Assembly: GCA_965240325.2 (NCBI GenBank) | Contig: OZ251248.1 | Coordinates: forward strand, 806,001-870,000 | Direction of reading: 5' to 3' | Length of the DNA stretch: 64,000 bases | From: Rebecca billardiae RCC1528 | Taxonomy: Eukaryota > Protista > Haptophyta | Shown here: piece by piece, positions 36,685 through 48,838 of the stretch | Layout of the letters: the number at the start of each line of letters is the position of its first letter | Position numbering within the stretch: the stretch's first letter is position 1 | Program-made: the position numbers and the translations under genes | Notes under the pieces: model-generated | Database searches by the model: none | Told to the model about the DNA's origin: nothing | The model's input: only the letters and a program-made list of their open reading frames with translations

Positions 36685-37340
36685 AGCGCGCTGCGCAGCC
36701 GGCGTGGGACGCGCGTGGGACGCGCTTGGCGCGGGCGCGCGCGGCGTGCGTCGCGGCGGGCCGCGCCTCCATCCGCCAGTGTGCACGGTGGTCCGGGCAC
36801 TGCTGCAGCAGGCGCTCCCGGCCTCCGGCCCGCTCAGGCTTCTGCTGGCAGCTGGCAGCTGGCCGCTACGCCGCGGACAGCAGCGGATGCCGGTCGTTGT
36901 CGGCTGCTTAACCGCTTCGCTCTGCGCCTGTCTGCTCCCTCTCTCCCCTGATCGACGACGTCGGCAGCAGCCGCAGGCGCTAACATCAACATGCGATGCC
37001 GTGCGCGCGTTTAATGGGCTGGGCCTCGGCGGCGCCGCGGCGATGGCCCGCCGCGTCGCAGCGCTGCTCGTCGCCTACTAGTCGTCCCTGGTGGCTATCA
37101 ACAGGGGCTGAGGGTGAGGGTCACTCGCGTCGCAGAGCAGCTGAGAGTAAGATCATCGTCAGTAGCTAGTCGGGACTGAACTAGTCGTGCGGCAGGCGGC
37201 AGCCTGAGTTCTCACTAATCTCAGTGCGACTGTCACTAGTGTCACAGTGTCGGTGTCCTGCCGAGGCATGCGCTCAAGGGCGGTGAGAATAGCAAGAACG
37301 CGCCGGTCGTGGAGATCATCGTGAGATTGCCCATCGTCTC

Positions 37341-38109
37341 CAGGGTTCGTGACCGAATTCCCCCCCGAATGATTCGGGGGGGAATTTTCGGGGGGGAATC
37401 CGAATTCTGGCCTCCATCTTCAGGGGGGGAATTCTGGCTGTCCGGGTCGGGGCGTGTGTGATCCGGACTCCCAGCATGGCACGCCACAGTGGCGTGCCCG
37501 GGCATAACAGCGACGGTGAGTCGGTCACTGCGCCAGCACCAGTCCGCACGCAGTGAATGTCACAGTTCTGCACAGCCATGGATCTCACCCTAACTACATC
37601 AGGATCAGACTCGATCTCGACGAATGGCTGGTCCCATCCCGGCGCCCGTCCTCGCGGGCGTTGTGCTCAGCACACCGTGCGAGTCGGGCTCCGCAGCGCT
37701 GCCGAGCACAGGCAGTGCTTACTGCTTGCCGCGCCAACCACTCAGTAGATGGCAGGAGTCAAGTCAAGGCAGGGAACACGGCGCCCACAGACCGGCTGCC
37801 GTTGCGCTGCCGGTCAACGCGCGTCACCACGGACACGGTTCCCCGCACCGCGAAACTGCACTGACAATCGGTGTACCGGGCTCTGACCGAACCACACCAC
37901 CAGCTGCTGGCCCGGCACGGCCGCTGCGAGCATATTAGTTGGGCACGGCATGACGTCGACGGCACGCGAATCCGCCGACGCCATTGCAGTCCAGCCGCCC
38001 TCAGAGGCCACATTTCGGGTCCGGATGTGGCCCACCCCGAAATTCGGACCCCGAAATTCGGGGTCCGAATCCGAAGGGTGGGTCATTCGGACCGAATTCT
38101 CGAACCCTG
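37341..38109. mobile_element. Non-autonomous hAT element (MITE-like, 769 bp)
   Basis: 8-bp TSD atcgtctc at 37333-37340 and 38110-38117. TIRs CAGGGTTCGTGA / CAGGGTTCGAGA. Subterminal CCGAA/TTCGG arrays at both ends. Confidence 0.9.
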
Positions 38110-38170
38110 ATCGTCTCGACGTGCGTCCAAAGCCCAGCTGTGTGTGGCCGGGAGGCGGACGTGCGGGGCG

Positions 38171-39757
38171 ATGGCGACGCTCCTGCTCCTGCTGGCGCGC
38201 GTTGCGATCGAGCTCGCGCTCTGCGCGCTCTTCGTGCTCGCGGTGATCCTCATCCACGAGCACTTCGACGACTGGGTCACGCGCGCCTTCACCTCGCACT
38301 TCTCCGAGCTCCTCGGCGTGCCGGTGAGCGCGCTGAGCGTGCGCGTGCGCCCGAACGGCGTGACGATCGAGACGCTGACGGTACCCAACCCGAACATCGA
38401 CGGGATCAAGTGGGACTTCTACGCGTTCTGCGAGGTCGGCCGCATGCACCTGCGCACGGGCACGCTGCTCAACACGCTCTCGCTCGCGGGCATCAACAGC
38501 GTGCGCGTCGGCGGCCGCCGGCTGCCGCTGTGGCTCGGCTTTGGCGTGCGCGTGGTCGAGCGGATGGAGATCGCCACGCTGTGGATGTACGTGGACGAGA
38601 AGGAGCCGGCCGGCGGCACTGCCCCGAGCCGCTCGAACCTCGGCTACTTCACCGACCGGCTCTCCGGCAGGCCCAAGCCGGCGCGGGCTAGTACAGGCTC
38701 GCCGCCTGGCTGTGACGTGGCGTGCTCGCCGGCCAAGGGCGTCGCCGCGCCGTCGGGCGCAAAGGGCAGCGGCCTGCGAGCGCTCGCGCTGCCCGAGCCG
38801 CTCCGCTCCGCCTCCTCCGCCTCCTCCGCCGCCGGCTCGTGCGCGCACGCCGGCAGCACGACGCTCGAGCGTGAGACGTCGAGAGGATCTGAGGGCCGGG
38901 GCGCGGAGGGGCGTATGGGAGAGTCGCTCGCCAGCTCGATGGTCTCGTCGCTGGGCACTCTGATCGGCGGCGGCGGTGGCGGCGGCGGCGGCGGCGCGGC
39001 AGGGGGCGGCGTGGGCTCTCTGGGCACGTTGATTGGCGGCGGCGGTGGCGCCGCCGCCGCCGCCGCGGCAGGGGGCGGCGTGGGCGGCGGCGGGGCGGCG
39101 GCAGCCGGTGGGCCGGAGCCAGCCACGCCACGGGGCGAGGGCAGGGGCGCGGCAGCTACAACACCGGTGGGCGATGGCGGCGCGGCGGCTGCGGCGGCTG
39201 CGGCCGGCGCCGCCATCTTCGCGGCCGACGGCGCCGCGGCCGCACCCGACTCGACGCCACTCGCCTCGCCGCTGGAGACGCTGCGCAGGTGCGCGCGTGG
39301 ATGCGCGCGCGCACGGGATGCCGCGCGCCCGATCCCGCCACACGCGCGTGCGCTAGCCGTGCCCAGGGGCCCTCCTCGTCCGCACGCGCGCGCGCGCGCT
39401 CTCGCCCTGGTTGCAACCGCTCACCGGGCGGCCGCGCCCTGGCGCCCTGGCGCCCTCATCTGCACGCGGCGCGTCGGCGCCGCCGCGGCTGCGCGCGCGC
39501 GCGCGCGCAGGCTGGGCGAGCGGAAGAAGGCGGCAGTGCTCAGTGCGGTGCACTCGCGGCTCGTCGGCCGCGTCGAGGGCGAGGACGACTCCGAGCCGCT
39601 GTTCGGCGCGCACCTGAGCGTCGAGCAGACGGACGTGCGCAACATCCACCTGCAGCACGGCGAGGTGCCCTTCAGGTGTGCGCCGCCGCCCGCCGCCGAG
39701 TGTGCGGGTCGCTGAGGGTGCGCTCGGGCACGCGCGCCACGCAGCGCCGCTCATGCG

Positions 39758-39800
<43 letters not shown>

Positions 39801-40554
39801 ACCCACCCCCCACCCACCCCTCGCGCGCGCGCGCCGCAGACTGGACTCGTGGAGCATGGGGCCGTACAGCGGCGACAATTCCACGTTCGCGCGCGCAGCG
39901 CTCGTCGGGATGATTGAGCAGGCGATGGCCCACGCGGTGAGCCACGCCAAGGAGGCGGCGGCGGGGAAGATGCACGACACGGCGGCGGTGGTGCAGGCAA
40001 AGCTGCAGGCGACGGGCGCGCTCGTCTCCAACGTGATCGGCGAGATCAAGCAGTTTGACACCGGCTCCGTGCAGCAGATTGTACACCAGCGGGGCGGCGC
40101 GCTGCTCAACAACCTCAACAGCCGGCTGCAGCTCAGTGGGAAGACCCACCAGGGCGGCGGCGGCGCGGCCGGGGCGGCGGGCCAGGCGGCGGGCGCGCAG
40201 CAGCAGCTGCACGCGGCTGTGGCGAGCAGTAACGCGGCGGCCGTCTCCAGCATGGCCGCCGCGGCCGCCGCCGGGATCAGCTCCCTGCGCAGCGTGGCGC
40301 CCGCGGCGAGCAGCAGCCCGGCGCAGGCGGCGCCCGTCGATCCGGTGGCCGTGCTGCAGCCGCTGCTCAGCGCGCGAGCGCGCAGCCCTCCTGACAGCGG
40401 TGCCGGGGCCGCTGCGCCCGCGCTGGGGGACGGCGGCGCCGCCGTCACCGGGGCTGGAGGCACCAGCGACGCGCCATTGTTGACGTCTTCGGTGGCGGGC
40501 GTGGACCGTCCCGCGGTGCCGGAGGCGGCTGCCGCCGGCGGTTCTGCTTCTTGA
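38171..40554 (+). CDS. N-terminally anchored AsmA-like protein with low-complexity inserts
   Basis: TM helix, then LLGVPVSALSVRVRPNGVTIETLTVPNP...VVERMEIATLWMYVDE...SNL. Introns 39289..39510 and 39676..39839 join in frame. Confidence 0.55.
39762..39800 (+). repeat. Intronic poly-C tract
   Basis: About 39 C residues. Confidence 0.9.
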
Positions 40555-41355
40555 TGACGCGACAACGTTATATTATTATTAGCAGCGCCAGTCATCGTCT
40601 GCGCGCGTCGGCCCGGCGTTGACGACGTGGTGATGGCCGGAGACTGCGCTAGTTATTCATCAGACAGCAGCAGATATTATTGCGATGATGACGATGATAT
40701 ATGATGATGAGCAGATGATGATTGCCGCCGCGCGCGGACCACCGGCGGCTGTGCGACGGCTGTCCACCGACCGCCCGGCGCGCTACGAATGGCGTCGCCG
40801 CACTCGTCAGTGACGCTCGTCCGCTGGCTGCGGCGCGACGATCACGCGATGACTCCGCCGCAGCGCAGTTATTATATACCGGCCGCCGCGCGCGATACGA
40901 ATAATAATATATACCGCCGAGTCCGAGACCGCCACATACTACGACGACTGATGATGTCGCGGTCATCGCCGTCTACTACTGATATCTACTGAGACGGCGG
41001 CGCGGCGGCGCTACGCCGACGCCGTATACGGCGCGTCCGACGCCGGCGGCGGCGGTGCGGCCGATTTCGTAGTCTGACGACGACGATGATGATGCGGCGG
41101 GAGACGACTGTCTGCTGTGACGAGGGCACGGTGGCCGTGCTGCTATATCATCACCGTCGCCGTGTGCTACTGCGGTACTAAGAGTACTACTAGTGGCGGC
41201 AACCCGGTCGTGCTCGCTGCCAGTGCGAGTAGTGGTTGTCTAGTAGTATATCGCGTTAAATCAGGCCGAAGACGCTGACCAGTGTGACGCCGCCTGGCGG
41301 TCTCAGCCTGGATGAGGGCTTCGAGGTGTGCTTGAGGACTTGAGTTGCGCCACGG

Positions 41356-42306
41356 TCACGCCACGGCCACGCCATCGCCATGGGGTGCTGCCACAGCCGC
41401 CGTCTTCTGCTTCTTGGCTTGCTCTCCCGTCACGGTGGGCACCGACTCGTCGAGCGGGTCGTCCTTGCGCGGCTTGGGCTGTGGTGCCGGCTCGTTGGTG
41501 CAGAGTGTCGCACCTGGGGCGTCGGCGGAGATGTCCTGCAGCGGGCGCTTCAGGGCATCCGTTGCCGGGGCCGTCTCGGAGGGCGTAGTCTCGGCTGCGC
41601 CCGCTGCAGGCGCAGCATTGGCCGAACCCGCGAGTGGCTGCGCGCTCGCGGCGGCGGCAACACGCGCCTTATCGACCAATGCCGTGGGTGGCTGCGTGCT
41701 CGCGGCGGCTTGCACACGAAACTGCTTGCACAAAGCTGCGAGTGGGTGCGCGCTCTTGGCGGCAGCAACACGCGCCTTAGTGGCCGAAGCCGCGAGCGGC
41801 GCGGCGGGAGGAACATGCGCCTGGGCGCTCGCCGCGCGCGACTCGGGTGAGCAGGCCTTAAGCCAGGGCGCGAGCACGTGGGCCGCGCGCTCCTTTGTTC
41901 CCTTGAGCTCGAGAGTCAGCCGCTGGATGCCTTGCGCACAGTCCACGAGCACACGGTCCGTGCTCTCGCAGTCGAGCCAGGTGACACGGCTGCCAACGTG
42001 CTGGCTCTTGTAGCCCTCGTGCACGAAGATGTAGGCAGGGCGCTCGATGACGACGGTAGGAAAGTTGCTCAACGACACGACGGTCTCCAAGTCCATGGCC
42101 AGCTCTACCTTCTCGACCACGGTGGTGGCCATGTTGAACTTCCCGAACGTCAACGCGAGGTTGTTGTTGTGAGCAGTGCCCAAAACGGACAAGGTTGTCT
42201 TGTAACCGATCGCGTGCGAGTGCGACTGCTGACTCCAGTCGATGGCGCTCTTGCTATCCTCGATCACGAAGTTCTTCGCCTCGAGCTGGTTCGCCTTGCT
42301 GGGCAT
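41356..42306 (-). CDS. Hypothetical protein (orphan, intronless)
   Basis: ATG at 42306 (MPSKANQLEAKNFVIEDS...). Complex, protein-like composition over ~155 aa, followed by an Ala/Pro-rich tail with a duplicated segment and a basic end (QAKKQK). Confidence 0.55.
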   Translation of the reverse strand: MPSKANQLEAKNFVIEDSKSAIDWSQQSHSHAIGYKTTLSVLGTAHNNNLALTFGKFNMATTVVEKVELAMDLETVVSLSNFPTVVIERPAYIFVHEGYKSQHVGSRVTWLDCESTDRVLVDCAQGIQRLTLELKGTKERAAHVLAPWLKACSPESRAASAQAHVPPAAPLAASATKARVAAAKSAHPLAALCKQFRVQAAASTQPPTALVDKARVAAAASAQPLAGSANAAPAAGAAETTPSETAPATDALKRPLQDISADAPGATLCTNEPAPQPKPRKDDPLDESVPTVTGEQAKKQKTAAVAAPHGDGVAVA

Positions 42307-43034
42307 GGTGAGGTGCGCGCGAGGTTGATCGCGGTCGGCGGGCGGCGGCGGGTGGCGATTTGGTTGGTAGAAGCGCGCAGCGCGTACAGTAAGCGCGCGT
42401 CGCGGCCAACGACTTTTCGCCCTGCTCACCACCTCCGTTCCCCATGCCAACGGTCGCACGCGCGGGCCCGGACCCTGATCGCGTTTACTTGTTGCCAGGC
42501 GGTTCCGGCTTGTTCTTGTGGCCAACTTCAAGTTCAACTCAGGCAGACGATGGCGGCGCCTGGCCCTGGAGCCTCGAGTCACGGTGCCAGGAGAGGTCGC
42601 ATGAGACCGCCAAGTCGTCGACCCGAATCGCTCGCTACCGATTTATAAAGAGTGATGGCGGTCCGCACTCCGCAGTCTCACTATATATATATACAGTACA
42701 TACGACGAGCTTTGTAGCCAAGATGCGCGCGGCTCACGAGTCACGTCGGATCGAGCTAGCCGCACGGGCACGGCCGCCAGCACCGCTCACGCCGCTGGAT
42801 TCTCAATCTCGGGTGCGCGGCTCACCGCTGGCGCGGACAGGCCGCGCGGGCCGACGGAGCCCGCTGCTCCATGCCCGGCCGCCAACCCCGCCACGCACGA
42901 TCGACGACGCCTCAATCCGACAGGCCGCGGCCAGATGTCTCTCCCGGCCGCCGGAACCGCCGGCACCGTCACACGGCAGCGGCGGGCGGCGCGACGCGAC
43001 GACGCTCGTCGTCGCGGCGCGCCACCGGCCCGTG

Positions 43035-44972
43035 TCATCGCGCAGCGCCGCCCAGCGGCGGCCCCGTGGGCGAGGACGGGCCCCTCGGCGCGACGAACGT
43101 CTGCTGCCGCCTCGCGCCGCCCGCGGGCGCGCCGCCCGCCGCGTCGAAGCTCAGGTTGGCGCGCGTGTTTCGTCTGGACGCGCCGCGCTGCATGCCAGCC
43201 TGCGTCGCCGAGACGAGCTGCGCGGTGGTGAGGCGGAAGGAGCCGCGCGACTCGATGGGCACCTTGGCCTTGCTCAGCTGCTCGCGCAGGTCGGCGAGCA
43301 GCTGCTCCATCTGCGCCGCCTGGTCGTCCATCTGCGCCTCCACCTCCCCGAGCATCGACTGCAGCTTCTGCTTGTGCACGTCGATCAGCTGCTCAATCAG
43401 CGCAAGCGATGCGCCCGGCCTGCCGTGCGCGTGTCGCTTGTGCAGCTCTTTGAGCGTGCGGTTGCGCTTCTCGATCTCCATCGTCTTGTACTCCTCGTCG
43501 AAGTTGGCGCCGATGATCGTGATCGGCAGCGAGATCACGATCAGCCCGCACACCATGCACATGGACGCCACCACCTTGCCCGCGCCCGTCACGGGCACGT
43601 GGTCGCCGTACCCAACCGTCGTCATCGTGACAAGGCAGAACCAGCCCGCCGCGAGAATGGACTCGAACGGCGACTGCGAGCCGTCCTCGCGCAGGTAGCA
43701 CTGGCAGGACTCGTAGTACTCGCCTTGCTCCGCGTAGAAGATCAGCGCGGCGAAGACCACCACGCACAGCAGCACGAAGAAGAGCAGCCTGCGCGCGCAG
43801 CGGCGGGTGGCGCAGCGGCGGTGGGCGGTGAGCGTCGCGGCGCCAGCCCGCGGCCGCGCGGTGCGCCGAGGGCGCGCGCCCGTTGGCGCGCGGCGGCGGA
43901 GCGAGGCGGCTGGCTCGGGCGCGCGGGCATGCGGCGCTCGGGCGCGTCGGCGGCGCGCACATGGCGATGGCCGACACCGACTTCTGCAGCGTGCGCATCA
44001 GGATGACGATCCCGGTGAACGAGCGAGACACCTTGAACACCCGAAGCACGCGCGTGAGCCGCAGCACCCGGACGATCGAGAGCGAATTGAGCGAAGTGCC
44101 GGCGCCTGGGAGCAGGAAGCGGACGACGAGCTCGATGTACCACGGCGCGATCGCGATCAGGTCGATCACGTTGAGCGGCGTGAGCACAAAGTCCTTCCTC
44201 GACGGGATGTCTCTGTGCCTGTCGCCTGCGCGCGCGCCGTCGGCGGCAGCAGAGCGCAGCAGGGGGCCAGCCGGCCAGCGGTGGCGCCGTCAGAGGTTGG
44301 GCAGCGGTCAGACAGCCGCCAGCCGGCTGAGCGGTGGGTGAGCGCGGGGCGCGGGGCGCGCGGCGCGTGGCGTCGCACCTGCCGCGAAGAAGCGGACCAC
44401 GTACTCCAGCGTGAAGATCAGGATGCACGTCAGCTCGATCGACGCCCACGGCTCCTCAGCAATCTGCCGCTCGCACACGCGCCGCAAGAAAGGCGAGTCT
44501 AGTTGGATCGGGTCGGAGGGGTCGGCGTCGATGGAGGAGGTCCAGCGGCAGCCTTTGAGGGAGCCGGCGAGGAAGCCGATGACGGACAGGATGATCACCG
44601 CGAGGATGACCATGGACACCATGCGTGCCTGCGCGGCCGCGCGTGCGCACGGACCGGGCACGTGTCGCTCGGGCGGCGTGGCGCTCGGGCGCGAGCGCGC
44701 GCGCGGCGGCGGCCGAGCAGGGCAGGGCTGCCCGCGGGACGCACCAACGGGGAGAACGACGGGTCCTCGAACACGAACCACACTTTCTGCCGGAGCGTCA
44801 GCTCGCCCCGATCACCCCGATCCTCAAAATCGGAGACGGAGCTGCCGCCAAAAGTGATGTCGCGACTGCTGCCGTTGCGATTGCCGTTTGCACGTGTGGC
44901 GGCCAGGCTGGGGGGCGGGCGCCCTGGAGCACGCGTGCCTTTCCTCGTCAATGACGGTGCGAAGACCTGCAT
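43035..44972 (-). CDS. Voltage-gated K+ channel (Kv/Shaker-like 6TM)
   Basis: Introns 44744..44629, 44378..44226 and 43960..43789. Motifs: WFVFEDP, S3 NVIDLIAIAPWY, S4 VRVLRLTRVLRVFKVSR, filter TMTTVGYGD, S6 LPITIIGANF, and a C-terminal coiled coil. The start codon is uncertain. Confidence 0.9.
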
Positions 44973-45902
44973 CGGCCCCGGCGATCCGCCCGAGCCGGCG
45001 CCGCGACTGCCCTCGCCGCCACCAGCCCGAGCAGCAATGGCGGTGGTGCCTCCACTGCGAGTCTCTGTGCTGCTCGAAAGTGTTGCGGCCGGACCAGATT
45101 TCAAGAGGGCAACAAGTACAAATGCGCGGAACGACCTATTGGGAGCTCATATTTGGGCCGCGGGCGGTTACAAATGCATACCGCTTGGAACTGGTCAGGA
45201 GCGGGGCTCGCCGGGTAATTGGCATATGAGCAGATGCGAAACATCGTAGTCATCGTCCGATCGTCGTCACTCATCGGGCATCTTGTTGATGAGCGATGAC
45301 AGCGAATAAGAACCGACGGCAAGTTGACTGACTCGGACCAAGGCAATGCCCTAAGCCCTTGTAATGATGCACTGTGCGCGCAGCCTCGCCTAGTCCGGAG
45401 CAGTGATACGTGTGATGGTAACCGCGGACGCGGCTGGACAGCCCACAAGAGCCTGCGCGAGCCATCCTCGGAGACGCGCCTCCGTTCTGACAGTCAGTCT
45501 GTTGACGGAGCCCCCGGGCCCGGCGCGACAGTCGCACGCCGCGGGCTAACGAGTAACGGCCACGCTCGGGCGTCGCCGAGACCGCGCACCACGTCGGGCC
45601 CGTGAGCTCCGCGCCGCCGTGCACCGCCGCCGGGGCTCGGGCGACAGTCACGCTGATGGCGTAGCACTCGTGTCCGGTCACCACCGCCGTCAGGCTCACG
45701 AGGGCCTTAGCCTCGCCGCCGCACGGAAGCTGAGCGGTGCGCTGACGGCTAGCACGCCCGCGCGGCGCGCGCATGCCGCGCGGCGAGGCGGCTCGAGCTC
45801 GTGCGGTGCGCGCAGGGCGGGGCGGCTCGGCGAGGGCGGCGTCGACACCACGACGACGCTCCGTGTGGCCCGCCGCCCGGTCCGCCCATCGCTGGGCGCG
45901 CG

Positions 45903-46426
45903 CTAGCATATGACACACTGGCATCGGCCCGCAGCCGTGGCAGACCGTGAGCCGCCGTCGCCGCCCGCGCCGCCCGCTTTCTCGCTCCCCGCCGCCGCGC
46001 CACCCGCCTTGCTGTCCGAGGGCGGCGGCATGACGAGCAGGTGGAATGTGGTCGTTTCCGACGCCGAGAAGTGCGGTAGATCCTGGAGCACCTTGTCATC
46101 CTCGAGGAACTTGCCCGCGAACAATAACCGAATGTGTGTCGCGTCTGGGGGGCGGTTTGTCATGTCTGCGCGGCGCGCGCGGCGACGGGGGCGGGGTGGG
46201 CGCGCGGGGTTGAGCGCAGCGTGGCCCCATGCGCCAGCTGGGCCGGTGCGCGTCGCTCGGCCGCCAGAAGGCCCGCGCCGCCGCGCCGGGGTGCGCGCGC
46301 ACCGGAGGGCCACCTCTCGACGACGAGCTGCTTCGCCGCGAGCACCGTCGATGTGGGCGAGATGTCGCTGAAGCTGAACTCGCGATTTTCCGCGTTGTAG
46401 AGGAAGCGCAGCGTGCATGTCGCCAT
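45903..46426 (-). CDS. UBL3: Membrane-anchored ubiquitin-fold protein (MUB/UBL3 family)
   Basis: Intron 46302..46166. Sequence TVLAAKQLVVERWP..IRLLFAGKFLEDDKVL..TTFHLLV with the C-terminal CaaX-like end RCQCVIC*. Confidence 0.85.
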
Positions 46427-46728
46427 CGCCGCCGGGCGCCGCGAGCGACGCCAGCCGCGGGAGACGCCTGGCCGCTGCTGCTCCGGACGCTAGGGCGCGC
46501 CCGCCCCTTTCAGCGGCGAGGAGCAGGATCAGCAGGTTGCCGCAGCTGCTCTCATGAACCGAAGTCATGGGTGCGCGGTGGCAGCCTGGCAGGACCTTTT
46601 TTTTCCGTTCTTGGGCTCCAGAAAACCCATCAAAAAGCAAGCTCCGGGTCGCCACAGATTCGGATTCCCGCCGCCGCTGGCGGGTAATTATTCGAACCCG
46701 TCAAAAACGACGGGGCACCTCGCCAGCC

Positions 46729-47692
46729 ATGGCGACGTCCGACGCAACCATCACTGCCGTCGAGGCATGGGCCGGGGCCATAGACTGGCCGGTCGACACG
46801 AAGCCGACGGGCTGCGGTGCGCGCGTACGCCGAGCCCCACCTCGCGCCCGCGCGTGCCCCGCGCGCGGCCAACAACTGCCGCGCCCTCGCGCCCGCGTGC
46901 CCCGGCGCCGCCGCCGCAGGGCTGCACAACCTGGGGAACACGTGCTTCATGAACTCCGTGCTGCAGTGCCTGACGCACACGCCGCCGCTCGCGCTCTGCT
47001 GCCTGCAGATGCACCGAGCCGCCGAGCCCGCCGCGCAGCCGCCGGGTGGGCTCGGCAGCTCGCGCGTCATGCGCATGCTCGCCGAGCACATCCGCGAGGC
47101 GCTCACGACGGACGAGCCTTCGCTCGAGCCGACGCTCGCCGCGCGGATGGAGGAGGTCTCGTCGTACCTGACGCCGGGGCAGCAGGAGGACGCGCACGAG
47201 CTGATGCGCCTGCTCGTCGACGCGGCGACGAAGCTCCCCGCCTCCGAGCGCGCGCACCCGGCCGCCGAGCCGGGCGCGAAGCCGCCGCGCCCGTTTGTTG
47301 AGCAGCTTTTCTTGGGCGAGCTCGAGCAGAGCGTGCGGTGCGCGGCGTGCGGCGGGCGGAGCGCGTCGGGCGAGCCGTTCCTCGACCTGAGCCTCGAGCT
47401 GAGCGCCGACGGGCACACCTCGCTCGCCGACGCGCTCGCCGCCTTCCTCAGGCCCGAGCAGCTCTCCGAGGCGGACCAGTCGTACTACTGCGAGCGGTGC
47501 AAGGAGAACGTCGCCGCACAGAAGGAGTACCGGCTGCGCCAACTGCCGCCCGTGCTGCTGCTGCACCTGAAGCGGTTCCGGCAGCAGCGCTGGGGCCGCT
47601 CGAAGATCCCGAGCCACGTCGAGCTCCCCGTCGAGCTCGACCTGCGCGACATCGACGCCTCCGAGCCCGCGTCAGCCGGCGGCGCGGATGTA

Positions 47693-47743
<51 letters not shown>

Positions 47744-48066
47744 TCACCAGGTGAGGGCGAGGGGGCGGAGGCGCGCGACGACGATGACGAGCCCGGGGTG
47801 AGCGCGGGCGGCGGGTCCGGGCCCGGAGGCGGCGGCGCGGGCGCGGCGCGGCGAGACAGCGCGTACGTGCTGTACGCGGTCATCGTGCACCGCGGCCGCT
47901 CCCTCGCCGCGGGGCACTACATCGCCTTCGTCCGCGCTCTCTCGCCGCCGCCCGCGGCGGGCGGGCCGAGCGCGCAGTGGTGGTGTTACGACGACGCTAA
48001 TGTACGCGCGCGCGCGCGTGCGCATGCCGGCATGGCCGTCCCCGCGCCGGAGCGGACGCGCGCGCG

Positions 48067-48105
<39 letters not shown>

Positions 48106-48764
48106 GGACACGCCGCGCGAGCGCGATGCGCCCGCATGGTGGGGGCAGGCAGCGCGGCGCGCGCGTGGCGACGGGTGTGCCCGCGCCCGCCGCGCCGCGA
48201 GCGCCCGCGCGACGCTCACGGCTCGCGCCGCGCGACAACAACCCACCCGCTCTGCCGCGCCGCGCCGCCGCGCAGGCGTACGAGGTGGACGAGGAGCACG
48301 TGCTCTCGCAGCAGGCGTACATGTGCTTCTACTTGCGCGCGTCGTGGTGGGGCTCGGCGCCCAGGCTGGTCGCGCCCGTGGTCCCAGCGGCGCGCAGGGC
48401 GCTCGGCGCGCCCGCGCACGCGGCGCGCCTCCGCGCGCCGTGGGCCTCGCTCGCCGGCTTGCACGCCGCCGTGCTCGTCTGCGTGCTCGGCTACTGCGCC
48501 GCGCGGGTGGACGTGCTGCGCGCAGAGCTGCGCGAGGCCGCGGAGGCGCTCGCGGGCCTGGGCAGCCGACTGCTCGGCCTGCTCCCCGCGGCGGCGGGCG
48601 GCACGCTCGCCGCCTCGCGCTCCGACGCGCCGCTCTCGCTCGAGGCGCTGCTGGCGCCGACGCCCGAGCTGTTCCCGACGGCCGCGGCGCCGCTCGTGCT
48701 GCTCCTGGTCTGCTCCAACTACTCGCTGCGCTACTGCCTGCACAAGTTTGTGTACGACGAGTGA
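46729..48764 (+). CDS. Ubiquitin-specific protease (peptidase C19) with hydrophobic C-terminal tail
   Basis: Introns 46817..46919 and 48002..48275. Cys box GLHNLGNTCFMNSVLQCL, QQEDAHE, CxxC pairs, LHLKRF, His box HRGRSLAAGHY, WWCYDD and QAYMCFY. Confidence 0.9.
47693..47743 (+). repeat. (GACGCG)n coding repeat (Asp-Ala)
   Basis: About 8 units inside the USP insert. Confidence 0.9.
48067..48104 (+). repeat. Intronic poly-G tract
   Basis: About 37 G residues. Confidence 0.9.
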
Positions 48765-48838
48765 CGCGTGACGAGGATCCCGCCGCCGGCGTCCTCATCC
48801 ACTCCCGGCCCGCACCCGTCTGCCACTCTGCGCAGTCG

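Noticed and set aside
41250-42650. Possible TIRs (taaatcag / ccgattta) around the orphan ORF
   Set aside because: Only a 7/8-bp match with no convincing TSD.
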